A DNA stretch of 62,592 nucleotides, filler included, from Deltaproteobacteria bacterium (GCA_026129095.1; 3 parts of 3 records of this genome joined end to end with filler, not necessarily neighbours in it); one strand, 5' to 3'; numbered from the whole stretch's first letter, positions 45,908-56,854 are shown. Made by a program: numbers and translations. The notes: generated by a model not told the origin, from the sequence alone.

Positions 45908-46196
45908 CGCCAGCCGAGCCTGGCTCCTGGGAATGCCGGAAAAGGATTGTCAGAAGCAGAAATTAGTTCTGATTATGGAGATCAAGGGGCCGTGATATAC
46001 TGGGCGCAAGGCAGTGGAACTCACGATGAATAATGGCGCGGCCGTGCTGGACACCGATCCCGGCTTCCAGCGACCTCACCCCGAAAACCGTACCGGTTTT
46101 CAAGTGGTAAGGTCACGTTCTGCATACCATGGCGGTCACCAGGTCGAGCGCGGCCAGCGCGAGGACCGTCAGGAGCCGTAGTTTTCCGCTGCGCCC

Positions 46197-47600
46197 CTAC
46201 CGGCGCCAGCGGTTTCCGGACTGTCCGCCGGGGCGGCCGCCGCTGCGGGAACGGGAGCCTCCGCCGCCCCACGGACGCTGCGGCGGACGGGGCGGGCGCG
46301 AGTCGTCCAGACCCGTGCTGCGGGCTACCGGGGCGAGATCGAGACCCTCCGGGCGGTAGACGGCGATCGGCGCGCCGATCTTGCGCTCGATGGCGCGCAC
46401 GGCACCCCGGTCCTCGGCGGTGACGAGCGTGAATGCCTTGCCACTCCGCTCCGAGCGGCCGGTGCGGCCGATCCGGTGCGTGTAGGCGTCCGGGGTGTTG
46501 GGGATGTCGTAGTTGATGACGTGCGAGACGCTGGCGATGTCGAGGCCGCGGGCGGCGATATCGGTCGCCACCATGATCCGCGTCCGGCGGGCGCGGAAGT
46601 CGCCCATCGTCCGGTCCCGCTGGGCCTGCGACATGTTCCCCTGCAGCGCGGCGGCGCGGTGCCCGGCCTTCTGCAGCGTATCGGCGAGCCGCTTCGCCCG
46701 GTGCTTGGTCCGGGTGAAGATGATGGCCGAATCGAACCCCTCGCCGGCCAAAAGGTGCTTGAGAAGGTCCAGCTTCTGCGACTCATGCACCGGGCAGATC
46801 GCGTGCTGGATCGTCTCCGCCGGGGTCGATCGGGAGAGCTCGGCCACGTGGGGGGTTTTCAGTATCTGGTTGGCAAGGCCGCGAATCTCGGGCGGCATTG
46901 TCGCCGAGAACAGCAGGTTCTGGCGCACCGGCGGCAGGGCCGAGATGACCCGCTTCAGGTCCGGCAGGAACCCCATGTCGAACATGTGGTCGGCCTCGTC
47001 GAGCACCAGCGTCTCGATACTGTCGAGCCGGACGGCACGCTCGCCCATCAGGTCGAGCAGGCGGCCGGGACAGGCGACGATGATGTCGGGACGGCGGCGG
47101 AGCGCTTCCACCTGGCGGTGAAACGACACGCCGCCGTAGACGACGGCCGTCTTGACGGGCGTGAACTTCGCCAGCAGCCGGATTTCGGTATCAATCTGGT
47201 TGGCAAGCTCCCGCGTGGGGGCGAGCACCAGCGCACGGGGGCCGGGCTTCCGGGTGGCGAGCAGACGTTCAAGGATCGGCAGGGCAAAGGCGGCGGTCTT
47301 GCCGGTGCCCGTCTGGGCGAGGCCCAGCACGTCACGGCCCTCAAGCGCCGCCGGAATGGTTTCGGCCTGGATGGGCCGGGGGACGGTGAAGCCCGCGCCC
47401 GCCACGCCCTTGTGAACGGCCGGGCTCAGGGCGAAACCGGCAAAGCCGGAATCCCCGGCGGCGGCCTCTCCCGGGATGCCGGGAACGCCCGGCTGAACCG
47501 GCGGCCTTGCCGGATGATTCGTGGACATGCCCGCCTGGGGCGGAACTGGCGGACGCTGGTTCGGATGGTGAGGATTCGCACGGTGTTGTGAGGACTGCAT
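46197..47600 (-). CDS. DEAD-box RNA helicase (RhlE-like)
   Basis: AQTGTGKT, PTRELA, DEAD, SAT, ARGLD, HRIGRTGR; start codon uncertain. Confidence 0.92.
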   Translation of the reverse strand: MQSSQHRANPHHPNQRPPVPPQAGMSTNHPARPPVQPGVPGIPGEAAAGDSGFAGFALSPAVHKGVAGAGFTVPRPIQAETIPAALEGRDVLGLAQTGTGKTAAFALPILERLLATRKPGPRALVLAPTRELANQIDTEIRLLAKFTPVKTAVVYGGVSFHRQVEALRRRPDIIVACPGRLLDLMGERAVRLDSIETLVLDEADHMFDMGFLPDLKRVISALPPVRQNLLFSATMPPEIRGLANQILKTPHVAELSRSTPAETIQHAICPVHESQKLDLLKHLLAGEGFDSAIIFTRTKHRAKRLADTLQKAGHRAAALQGNMSQAQRDRTMGDFRARRTRIMVATDIAARGLDIASVSHVINYDIPNTPDAYTHRIGRTGRSERSGKAFTLVTAEDRGAVRAIERKIGAPIAVYRPEGLDLAPVARSTGLDDSRPPRPPQRPWGGGGSRSRSGGRPGGQSGNRWRR

Positions 47601-47925
47601 GGAAATGTATGGTTCCTTGGCCAGCAAACTGGATCCCGTCCGGAGCGGTCCAACACGGGCCGCCCGGCGATATGGCATCCGGCAGAAGGCTGGGAACGCC
47701 GCCAGGATGTCGGGGAGTCAGCAGACAGGGTTAGTGGCCAGTGACAGGAGAATGCGCAGATGCGCGAATCCGGATTCAGCTCTTGGGATGCTGAATACCC
47801 CGGCTCCCCGAGGGGCCAGGCGCGGACCCTATAGGTGAACTGGCGGGAGAATACAAACCGGAGGGAAAACTGGCGGTAGCTGGTTTGCGGGAAATCCTGT
47901 CAGGAATGGCTTCAAGGCATGCTTT

Positions 47926-49218
47926 TCAGTGTTCCGCTGGCACCCACTCCACCAGACCCGCTGCCGACAGCACGCGCACCTCGGCGAGCAGGACCTGTTC
48001 CAGCGTATCCAGGTGCTCCAGCCGGAGATCGGTCTCGGTACGGAAGGCATCGAGCAGTTCCAGCAGCCCTGCAGCACCTTCCCGGTAGGAGGCCTCCGCC
48101 ATTTTCCGCAGTTCGGGCAGGCCGTCCAGTATCCGCCGGTCGAACCCCTCAAGCTGGTGGAGCCGCTGCCTGAGGGCGCCGATCTCCGCGGCCAGCCTGC
48201 CCTGCAGTTTCAGCATCGTGGCCTGGCTTTCCAGTTCGGCCGTCACGCGTCCGGCTCCGGCGATCCCCACAGTTCCCTGTCCACGGTCGAACAGCGGTAT
48301 TTCGAGGCCGATGCCACCGAACGGCGCCACGCTGTGCTGGTTTGTCGTCACCTGCACACCGCCGACAAGCGTTGCCTGCGGCCACCGTTCCCTCCGGGCC
48401 AGTTCCACCCCTGCCTCTGCCACGCGAAGCTCCGCTTCGGCGGCCTGGAGCCGGGGATGCGCCACGACGATATCCTTCCACAGCTGGTCAAAATCGGACG
48501 GGACAGCCAGCGGCCGGAGCTTTCCCCGTGCCTCCGGTTTCCATCCGGGGCGGCCAAGTGCCGCTCCAAGCTGGGCCGACTGCCGCTCCGCCTCGATCCG
48601 GGCCGACTCCATGCGGTGGGTGAAAGCGGCAAGCTCCATTCGTATCTTGAACACCTCGAACTGGCTTTTCAGGCCGAGCCGGCCCCGGCCCTCCACGACG
48701 GACTGTACTTTCAGCAGGTCTTCACGGGCAGCCCCGGCAACACGTTCCCGCTCCCGGGCAATGAAGGCATGGATGAACAGTTCCCTGGCATCTGCCAGCA
48801 GTTCGGCCTCAACGATGTCCGCCTGCCGGCCAACTGCTGCGATCTGGTGCTCGGCCATCCGTATGCGCGCCCCGCGCTGGCCGAAAAGGAACACCGGCTG
48901 CTCGACAGACACCAGATGCTCCCTGCCGTCGATGGTGTTCGCGCCCCTGGCGATCCCCATCAGCGAGTAGGATGCCACCGGATTCGGAATCAGTCCGGCC
49001 TGGACCCTTGCCGATTCGGCCACCTTGACGTGGGACCGGGCTGCCTTGAGGTCCGGGTGATGGCTACGCACCTGCCCAAGCAGGCCATCAAACCGGATGA
49101 GGTCGCCTGCTCCGTCGGCATCCGCAGAATCCGCTTTCATGCCAGCAGCCGCTACCGGAACCATCATCAGCAGCGCCATCGCGGCGAGGAATCCCGATAC
49201 TCTTTCATGCCTCATCAT
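47926..49218 (-). CDS. Outer-membrane efflux protein (TolC/CzcC family)
   Basis: Signal peptide; HPDL, PNP, IPLFDRGQG, SYREG...LLELLDA; overlaps the RND gene stop. Confidence 0.88.
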   Translation of the reverse strand: MMRHERVSGFLAAMALLMMVPVAAAGMKADSADADGAGDLIRFDGLLGQVRSHHPDLKAARSHVKVAESARVQAGLIPNPVASYSLMGIARGANTIDGREHLVSVEQPVFLFGQRGARIRMAEHQIAAVGRQADIVEAELLADARELFIHAFIARERERVAGAAREDLLKVQSVVEGRGRLGLKSQFEVFKIRMELAAFTHRMESARIEAERQSAQLGAALGRPGWKPEARGKLRPLAVPSDFDQLWKDIVVAHPRLQAAEAELRVAEAGVELARRERWPQATLVGGVQVTTNQHSVAPFGGIGLEIPLFDRGQGTVGIAGAGRVTAELESQATMLKLQGRLAAEIGALRQRLHQLEGFDRRILDGLPELRKMAEASYREGAAGLLELLDAFRTETDLRLEHLDTLEQVLLAEVRVLSAAGLVEWVPAEH

Positions 49219-52200
49219 CGGCCTCCAGCGGAGCAAGCTCCTTCGATGTCACGAATGAATAGATCACCGGAAGAAGATAAATGGAGACAAGGAAGGTCGT
49301 GACCATTCCGAAAACGATCACCGTGGCGAACGGCCGCTGGGTTTCGCTTCCCATGCTGGTGGAAACGACCATCGGCGTCAGCCCCATCGCCGCGAGCAGG
49401 GATGCCATCAGGACGGGACGGAGCCGGTCGGCGGCCCCCTGGATCATGGCAGGGACGAGGGCCTCCCCCGACCGGCGGCGGGCCTCGATGGCGCTCAGGA
49501 TGAGGAGGCCCATCAGGCAGACCTGGCCGAGAAGCGTGATAAAGCCGATCACGGCGCTGACGGAAAGGTCCACCCCGACCATCAGAAGGCCAAACAGGCC
49601 GCCCGTCATTCCAAAGGGAGCCAGCAGCAGGATTGCGAGGACACTCCGGCCCGACTTGAGGGCCATGTAGAGCAGCGTAATGACAATGATGAGCGCAACC
49701 GGGACTATCACTTTCAGGCGTGTCATGGCGCGCTGCTGGTTCTCGAACTCCCCGCCCCAGGCCAGGTACATGCCTTCCGGCACTTCCACCCCGTTCCGGA
49801 CCTCGGCCATCGCATCCTGAATGACCGAGCCCATGTCCCGTCCCTCGATATTGAACTTCAGGGCCAGGTATCTCTGGTTTGCCTCGCGGGCGATGGCTGC
49901 CCGGCCGTCGGCGATGGAGATATCCGCCAGTTCCCTGAGCTGGATGACCGTATCCCTCGGAGTCTCAACATAAATCTCGCCGATCCGGCCCGTATCGGCC
50001 CGTGCCTCCCAGGGCATCCGCACCCGTACGGGCACCATCCGTTCTCCTTCGCGGAAATCCGTCACCACCCGGCCGGCGAGCGCCGTCTCCAGCGTTTCCA
50101 GAACGGTACTGACTGGCATCCCCTCCCTGGCCAGGCGATCGCGTTTCAGCTGGATCTGGAGCTGCGGAACCCGGGAATCCCGGTACAGACCGAGATCCAC
50201 GATGCCATCCACTGGCCGAAGCACGTCAACGGCCTGCAGCAGAAGGGCGCGCATTTCCTCCAGATCCGTGCCAAAAACCTTGAGGACAACCTTGCCCCGC
50301 ACCCCCGCCACGGCTTCTTCCACGCTGTCCTTGATCGGCTGGGAAAAGTTGAACTGGACTCCCGGTATCTCCTGAAGCGACTGCCTCGCCTCCTCCACCA
50401 GACGATCCTTCGTCAACCCCTTGCGCCATTCGTTTCGGGGTTTCAGACGGGCGAACACCTTGGCCATGTTAACCCCCTCGTTGTCGGTTCCGTCTTCAGG
50501 ACGCCCCAGCTCCGATGCCGTGGATATGACCTCGGGGAGCTTCAGGAACCGGAGCCGTACATCGCGGGTTATGCCGATTGCCCTTTCCAGCGAAATGCTG
50601 GCCGGCATCTCGACAAACACGTACAGATCGCCCTCGTCCAGTTCCGGCAGAAACTCCGTGCCTATGACCGACCCGGCAAGCCCGGCCGCCAGCAACAGCG
50701 CCAGTCCGGCTCCCATCGCCTGACGGCGGCGGCCGAGCAGCCATCCCAGGTGCCGGACGTACGCCTCCTTGAACTTCTCCAGGAACCGCGGCTCCCGTAT
50801 ATCGGCGTCGGACGGCCGCATGAACAGGGCGCACAGGGCGGGAATGATCGTCAGGGCGAACACCAGGGCACCCAGCAGCGCGAAACTGTAGGTAAGTGCC
50901 AGCGGGCGGAATATCCGCCCCTCGACACTCTGGAGTGTGAAAACAGGAAGCAGCGAGGCCAGGATGATGGACATCGCGTAAAAGGTCGGCCGAGCCACAT
51001 CCACAGCAGCCGACATCACCATGCGGATGATTTCCTTGCGGCTCTGCGGCCGCCGGTGCCGGATCTCGTGGAAGACGTTTTCCACCAGCACGACCGCGCC
51101 ATCGACGAGAATCCCGAAATCAATGGCACCCATGGAAATCAGGTTTGCCGGGAGCCCGAGCCGGAACAGTCCGATGAAAGCCGTCAGCAGCGAGAGTGGA
51201 ATCACCGTGGCCACGATGAGCGACCCCCGCAGGCTCCGGAGCAGGAGCCAGACCACACCGACAATCAGCAGGAAACCGTGCAGCAGGTTGTTGTGGACTG
51301 TCGAAAGGGTGAGGCCTGTCAGCCGGCTCCGGTCGTAAAGAATCTCGAGCTTCATGCCGGACGGAAGAACCCGGCTGTTCAGTTCCTCAACTTTCTCATG
51401 GATCCGTTCAATGACAGTATTGGGATTCTGGCCGCGGCGGAGCAAAATGATCCCCTGAACGATCTCATCCTCTTCATCCATGCCAACACTGCCGCGCCGC
51501 GGAGTATGGGACTGGACAACCCGCGCCACGTCTCCAACCGTGATGGGTGATCCATCGGGGCTCCGGAGCACGACGTTACGCAGGTCCTCGACACTCGTGA
51601 GATAGCCAATCCCGCGAATGACCAGATCCTGATCTCCCTGCCGGAGAATCCCGCCTCCGACGTTCAGGTTCGACCGGCGGATCGATTCCGACACATCCTC
51701 GATGGTGATGTCGTATGCCATCAGCCGGTCCGGATCGACTTCGACATGCAGTTCCTTGCTGAAACCTCCGAAGCCGATTACATCCGCGACGCCGTCCACC
51801 TGACGGAACACGCGGGAAACCGTCCAGTCCTGTTCGGAACGGAGGTCGTAAAGCGTGTGGCGCGGACTGGTGAGCCGGTAGTAGAAGATCTTTCCAAGCG
51901 GCGTATAGTCAGGCGCCAGCTCTGCCGATACGCCTTCCGGCAGCCTGATCCCTGCGATGCGCTCCTGAACCAGCATCCGCGCCTTGAAACTGTCGGCATC
52001 GTCCTGGAATACGAGCCAGATGAGCGATAGGCCAAACAGGCTCTCGCTCCGCATGACTGTCATGCCGGGCGTGCCATTCAGTTCCTTTTCCAGCGGGATA
52101 GTAACCTGCCGCTCGACTTCCTCAGGTGCCAGCCCCGGTGCCTGTGCGATCACATTCACCTGGACATTGGTCACATCCGGATATGCCTCGATGGGTGTCT

Positions 52201-52297
52201 GGAAATATGCTGCGACGCCGTAACCGGCAACCAGCAGCGTCGCTCCCACCGTGGCGAGACGGCGGCGGACGCACCATGAAATGATGGCGTGGAGCAT
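49205..52297 (-). CDS. CusA/CzcA family heavy-metal RND efflux permease
   Basis: 1,030 aa; PIEAYPDVTN; GAIDFGILVDGAVVLVEN; FLPELDEGD; RLRPVLM. Confidence 0.92.
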   Translation of the reverse strand: MLHAIISWCVRRRLATVGATLLVAGYGVAAYFQTPIEAYPDVTNVQVNVIAQAPGLAPEEVERQVTIPLEKELNGTPGMTVMRSESLFGLSLIWLVFQDDADSFKARMLVQERIAGIRLPEGVSAELAPDYTPLGKIFYYRLTSPRHTLYDLRSEQDWTVSRVFRQVDGVADVIGFGGFSKELHVEVDPDRLMAYDITIEDVSESIRRSNLNVGGGILRQGDQDLVIRGIGYLTSVEDLRNVVLRSPDGSPITVGDVARVVQSHTPRRGSVGMDEEDEIVQGIILLRRGQNPNTVIERIHEKVEELNSRVLPSGMKLEILYDRSRLTGLTLSTVHNNLLHGFLLIVGVVWLLLRSLRGSLIVATVIPLSLLTAFIGLFRLGLPANLISMGAIDFGILVDGAVVLVENVFHEIRHRRPQSRKEIIRMVMSAAVDVARPTFYAMSIILASLLPVFTLQSVEGRIFRPLALTYSFALLGALVFALTIIPALCALFMRPSDADIREPRFLEKFKEAYVRHLGWLLGRRRQAMGAGLALLLAAGLAGSVIGTEFLPELDEGDLYVFVEMPASISLERAIGITRDVRLRFLKLPEVISTASELGRPEDGTDNEGVNMAKVFARLKPRNEWRKGLTKDRLVEEARQSLQEIPGVQFNFSQPIKDSVEEAVAGVRGKVVLKVFGTDLEEMRALLLQAVDVLRPVDGIVDLGLYRDSRVPQLQIQLKRDRLAREGMPVSTVLETLETALAGRVVTDFREGERMVPVRVRMPWEARADTGRIGEIYVETPRDTVIQLRELADISIADGRAAIAREANQRYLALKFNIEGRDMGSVIQDAMAEVRNGVEVPEGMYLAWGGEFENQQRAMTRLKVIVPVALIIVITLLYMALKSGRSVLAILLLAPFGMTGGLFGLLMVGVDLSVSAVIGFITLLGQVCLMGLLILSAIEARRRSGEALVPAMIQGAADRLRPVLMASLLAAMGLTPMVVSTSMGSETQRPFATVIVFGMVTTFLVSIYLLPVIYSFVTSKELAPLEADDEA

Positions 52298-52336
52298 TCC
52301 GTATCCCTATGTTGTTCCGGAACAGCCGGAGCCGGT

Positions 52337-53473
52337 TCAGAGCAGTTGCGTCGAGGCTCCGTCGATCAAGAGTGCGCCCTCGACAGCGACCCGGTCGCCA
52401 TCACTGAGACCTTTCAGGATCCTCACCTTGCCGTTGTAAACTGGCCCCACTTCCACCGAGCGGGGGGAGAATTCGCCTGGGGCTGTCTCCACATACACCA
52501 TCTGGCGTCCGCCATCCTTGATCAGCACTGCCGTTGCAGGCAGCAGGAACCCGGCAGCCGGCGCCGATTGTATCTCGGCCTTCACGTACATCCCTGAACG
52601 CACGGGAGCGTCTATCGTGTCGATGGAAATAAAGACGGGAACCCGGCGCGAGGCCGTCAGCACCGCTCCCCCCACCGCCGTCACCGTGCCGTGAATGACC
52701 GCACCCACCGACGTGACTTCGATTTTCGCCGGTGCGCCAGCCTGGACGTGCACCACATCCCTTTCGAACAGATCTACAACCACTCTCAGCCTGGCCGGAT
52801 CTCCGACCTTCATTGCCGGTCCCCCGGCGGGGTCCACAAACGCCCCGACCATCACGTCGCGTGCCAGAACGGTCCCCCCGATAGCAGACCGGACCACCAC
52901 TTCAGACCCTGAACCGGACCCAAGAAACGCCACAGCTTTCCCTGCCTGGGCAAAGGCCGATTCAGCCTCAACAAGACTGGTTTCGGCAGCGAGCCGCTCC
53001 ATCTCGACCCCAATTCCCTGCTCCATCAGCCGCCGTTGCCGGGCTACCGATTCCCGCGCCACTGAAAGCCGGGCTTTCATCATGTTGTATTCGGCGCGAA
53101 ACTGGGCGGCAGTGGGACTGTCCAGCGTGATCAGAGGCGCCCCCGGGCTTACTGTTTCTCCCACCTTGGCATGGAGGTGCGTGATACGGCCCGGCACAGG
53201 CACCGAAATATCGGCCACGGCACCTTCGGCGAAATCCACACGGCCCGGACCATGCACCGTATTGCGGACCTGGCTCGGTTCGATCTCAACCGTCCGGATA
53301 TACCGGAGTGCAGCCCCGGCAACCCGCACCAGTGATGTTCCGGACCGGGCACTCTCTGACCGGATCTCTCCTGCCCCATCAGCATGTGCATTCCCATGTG
53401 ATGGCTGACATCCGGCCCCTGTGACCAGGAGAACCCCCGCAACGGCTGTGTACAGACATTTATACTGTTTCAT
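52337..53473 (-). CDS. RND efflux periplasmic adaptor (CzcB/CusB-like), lipoprotein
   Basis: AAGGA RBS before MKQYK; lipobox-like GAGC; PVPGRI...GETV..G..L; GL..GDRV...GA. Confidence 0.88.
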   Translation of the reverse strand: MKQYKCLYTAVAGVLLVTGAGCQPSHGNAHADGAGEIRSESARSGTSLVRVAGAALRYIRTVEIEPSQVRNTVHGPGRVDFAEGAVADISVPVPGRITHLHAKVGETVSPGAPLITLDSPTAAQFRAEYNMMKARLSVARESVARQRRLMEQGIGVEMERLAAETSLVEAESAFAQAGKAVAFLGSGSGSEVVVRSAIGGTVLARDVMVGAFVDPAGGPAMKVGDPARLRVVVDLFERDVVHVQAGAPAKIEVTSVGAVIHGTVTAVGGAVLTASRRVPVFISIDTIDAPVRSGMYVKAEIQSAPAAGFLLPATAVLIKDGGRQMVYVETAPGEFSPRSVEVGPVYNGKVRILKGLSDGDRVAVEGALLIDGASTQLL

Positions 53474-53500
53474 TTCCATGATCCTTGCATCCAGAAGAGA

Positions 53501-53516
53501 AGCACATGCCGGGCCA
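53501..53516 (-). promoter_or_regulatory. Sigma54 (-24/-12) promoter of the efflux operon
   Basis: TGGCCCGGCATGTGCT has GG-N10-GC spacing and lies 28 bp upstream of the adaptor start; a divergent sigma54 activator is adjacent. Confidence 0.6.
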
Positions 53517-53683
53517 GCAACCCGGTCCTGCCGATTAAGATTGGTCAATGCGATTAAACTGACAGAACGATGAAGGTTTTCGGGGATTTTGCGCACGCAG
53601 GCATGCCGCACTTCAATAGATCAAAAACCTGCTGGCCCATACAAAACTGTCACTGGGTGTGGCATTTTTGAAATCTGCGACCG

Positions 53684-55165
53684 ATGAAGATTTCCGCAAA
53701 GATCACGCTGGCCCTTACCGGAATCGGACTGATCCTGTTCAGCCTTTATGCTTACAATCTGGTTCGACAAGAAGAGCGGGATCTTCTCCAGGCTGTTTAC
53801 CGGGAAACCAGCCTGCTCACCCACACTCTTCAGACCGCGACCGAGCACGCCCTGCGCGACCAGCAGCTATCGGACATCGAGGAATCCATCCAGCAGATCG
53901 AGGAAGTTGAACCGCTGGTAGACGTGTTCGTCTTTGATGCCCAGGGGCAGCTCCGCGCCATGTCCGCGGATGCCACCGAAGTCAGCACCTTTGCAAAGGA
54001 TGTGCTGGCCGACGTCCAGAAAGAGAGCGACTACGTGGTCCGGCTCGACGATGACCGCTCACCCCATCTGCTGGCCGTTGGCGTCCCCCTGAAATCGGAA
54101 GCGGGCCGTTACCTGGGAGCAGTCATTGTCACCCGTCCCCTGACAGAGATGCGAAAGGATCTGTCCGTCACTCGCCGCGACATCATACTTTCCGTGATCA
54201 TTTTCGTGATTCTGGCCTCAGGCTTCGGCCTCGTCATGGGCCGGGTCTATATCAAGCGCCCTCTCGATGAACTCATGTCTGCCATGCAGGGAGTCCAGTC
54301 GGGTGATCTGCAGTCATTTTATTCCGAACGCCGCCGCGACGAGATGCATGAGGTCGCTGTCGAGTTCAACCGGATGCTGGTCGAGCTCCAGAACGCACGG
54401 ACGGAACTGCTTCAGGAGGTGGACAGGCGCCATGAACTCGAGCAGGGATTTGAGCGTGCAGACAAGCTGATCACGGTCGGCCAGCTGGCGGCCAGCCTCG
54501 CCCATGAGATCGGCTCACCCCTCCAGGTCATTGTCGGCCGTGCCCGGGCGATGCTCGACCGGGACTGTGATCCGGAACGGGTGCGGCACCATGCCTCGAT
54601 CATCGCCCATCAGGGCGAGCGGATTACCCAGATCGTCAGCCAGCTCCTCTCACTGGCGAAACGCAGGCCTGTCCAGATGGCACACAGCGACTTGAGGCGG
54701 CCCGTCACCGCCATTTGTGACCTGCTGTCTCACGAAGCTGAACGAAACGGCATCCGCCTGGGCATGGAAGCCGCCAAAGACCTCCCTTCTATCCGGTGCG
54801 ACGAAAGCCAGATCGAACAGGTGGTGCTCAATCTTGTCCGGAATGCCCTCAATGCGACTCCTCCGGGCGGAACGGTGAATATCTCCCTCACAGCGCAAGC
54901 GTCTACTGATGGAACCGGTCCTGACGGCCCCGCACTTTGCCTTGAGGTCAGGGATAGCGGATCGGGCATCGCACCCGCTGACCGGTCCCGCATTTTCGAC
55001 GCGTTTTATACGACCCGGCCGGATACAGGTGGCGTGGGGCTCGGGCTCGCCGTGGTAAAATCCATTATCGAGGAGGCGGGTGGACGGATTACGGTTGCAA
55101 ACAATAAGCCTGCAGGGATGATTTTCCGCGTATACTTCCCTGTTCCCCAGGAGGATGCAGCCTGA
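53684..55165 (+). CDS. Sensor histidine kinase (2 TM, HAMP, HisKA, HATPase)
   Basis: LAHEIGSPL; NLVRNA; DSGSGI; GVGLGL. Confidence 0.92.
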   Translation: MKISAKITLALTGIGLILFSLYAYNLVRQEERDLLQAVYRETSLLTHTLQTATEHALRDQQLSDIEESIQQIEEVEPLVDVFVFDAQGQLRAMSADATEVSTFAKDVLADVQKESDYVVRLDDDRSPHLLAVGVPLKSEAGRYLGAVIVTRPLTEMRKDLSVTRRDIILSVIIFVILASGFGLVMGRVYIKRPLDELMSAMQGVQSGDLQSFYSERRRDEMHEVAVEFNRMLVELQNARTELLQEVDRRHELEQGFERADKLITVGQLAASLAHEIGSPLQVIVGRARAMLDRDCDPERVRHHASIIAHQGERITQIVSQLLSLAKRRPVQMAHSDLRRPVTAICDLLSHEAERNGIRLGMEAAKDLPSIRCDESQIEQVVLNLVRNALNATPPGGTVNISLTAQASTDGTGPDGPALCLEVRDSGSGIAPADRSRIFDAFYTTRPDTGGVGLGLAVVKSIIEEAGGRITVANNKPAGMIFRVYFPVPQEDAA

Positions 55166-56549
55166 CGTGAGCACTGTTACCCAGACCGTCGCCGCCGGAG
55201 CCCGCATCCTCGCCGTGGATGATGACCCGGGCGTGATTGATTACCTGGCGGAAATCCTCGGAGAGGATGGCTACCGGGTAACAGGGACCACGAGCCCGGA
55301 AGACGCGCTCAGGCGTATCCAGAAAGAGCCATTCGATCTGGTCCTCACCGATGTGGAGATGCCTGGCATGCGCGGGCCGGATCTGATGGCGGCCATTCAC
55401 CGCCAGCAGCCCGGCCAGATCGTTCTGGTCATCACCGCGTTCGGGAGCATCGATCTGGCAGTCCAGTGCCTGCGTAACGGCGCCGCCGACTTCATCACCA
55501 AACCGTTCCGCCACGAAACACTCCGGCACGCCATCGAACGGGCCCTTCGCGAACGGCAGATGCGGCGCGAGCTGGTCCGCCTCCATACGTCCCTGGCCGA
55601 GCAGTCGGCCTCCGGGGAACTAGTGGCCCGCAGCGAGGCCATGCGGAAAGTGGCCTCACTCGCTCTCCGGGCAGCCCAGAGTCCGGCCAATGTCCTGCTT
55701 ACCGGTGAAAGTGGCGCTGGCAAGGGCCTGCTTGCCCGGTATATCCATGACCGGAGCGCCCGCCTGAATGGTCCTTTTGTTCAGGTCAACTGTGCGGCCC
55801 TGCCCGGCACCCTCGCCGAAAGCGAACTGTTTGGTGCCCGGCGTGGGGCATTCACGGACGCCCAGCGCGACCGCTCCGGACTGTTCGAGCAGGCGATGGG
55901 CGGGACGCTCTTTCTGGACGAAATCGGCGAGATGCCGCTCGATATCCAGCCCAAGCTCCTGCAGGCGATCGAGACCCGGAAGATCCGGCCCATTGGCGCC
56001 GAGTCCGAGGTAGAGGCGGATGTACGGATCATTTGCGCCACGAACCAGCCCCTTGAAGTAGCTGTAAAGGCCCGGCAGTTCCGGCAGGATCTCTACTATC
56101 GCCTGAATGTTGTCCGCATTGATATCCCGCCGCTGCGTGACCGGCCGGAAGATATCCAGCCGCTCATCGACCGGTTCCTGCAGCAGGCCTGCCAGAGGGC
56201 AGGCCGCGCCCTGCTGGGAATATCCGTCGAGGCACTGCGCTGGATGCTGGGCAACCAGTGGCCCGGCAATGTGCGCGAACTGGCACATACGATCGAGCGT
56301 GCCGTCGTGCTTGCCGAGCACGACACGCTGTCGATCGAAGACGTACGGATCAATAAGGAACCCGATGCCGCGGGCGACTTTCTGGATAACGCCCAGGCTT
56401 GCGAACTCCCCCTCGCCGCCGTCGAGGATGAATATATCCGCCGGGTTCTCAGGCAGACGCAAGGCAATGTCGCCCATGCCGCCCGTATCCTGGGCATTGA
56501 CCGGCGTACACTCTACCGCCGGGTGTCATCACCAAAGGCCGGTGAATGA
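55155..56549 (+). CDS. Sigma54-dependent response regulator (NtrC/ZraR family)
   Basis: REC domain (VDDD, DVEMP); GESGAGK; GAFTDA; FLDEIG; WPGNVREL; Fis-type HTH. Confidence 0.93.
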   Translation: MQPDVSTVTQTVAAGARILAVDDDPGVIDYLAEILGEDGYRVTGTTSPEDALRRIQKEPFDLVLTDVEMPGMRGPDLMAAIHRQQPGQIVLVITAFGSIDLAVQCLRNGAADFITKPFRHETLRHAIERALRERQMRRELVRLHTSLAEQSASGELVARSEAMRKVASLALRAAQSPANVLLTGESGAGKGLLARYIHDRSARLNGPFVQVNCAALPGTLAESELFGARRGAFTDAQRDRSGLFEQAMGGTLFLDEIGEMPLDIQPKLLQAIETRKIRPIGAESEVEADVRIICATNQPLEVAVKARQFRQDLYYRLNVVRIDIPPLRDRPEDIQPLIDRFLQQACQRAGRALLGISVEALRWMLGNQWPGNVRELAHTIERAVVLAEHDTLSIEDVRINKEPDAAGDFLDNAQACELPLAAVEDEYIRRVLRQTQGNVAHAARILGIDRRTLYRRVSSPKAGE

Positions 56550-56761
56550 GAGCGCAACCACCAGAACTATCTTCCAGTTTTCAACACGGTTTTTGCTGAC
56601 TTGGCGGGCCGCCGGTGACGGCCTTCGAACCCTGTATCTGGATCATCAGGGTGAAATCAACGAAACCGACGCACTCATCAGAGAGTTTCTTGTGACCGCA
56701 GACGACGCAGCCTGATTTCTCATTTCAACAACTTAGCTGTCGCTTAAGCGTCAGACCCTTT

Positions 56762-56796
56762 ACACAACAGTGTCCCTGAAAAGGACACAGTTGTGT
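56762..56796. repeat. Inverted repeat ACACAAC.GTGTCC / GGACAC.GTTGTGT
   Basis: 14-bp arms with one mismatch and a 7-nt loop; preceded by IHF-like TTTCAACAACTTA at 56723. Confidence 0.6.
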
Positions 56797-56854
56797 CCGG
56801 GGGCTTCCGGCTTCGATAGAACTCCGGGGTCTAACGGGTGCAAAACTCAAAAAG

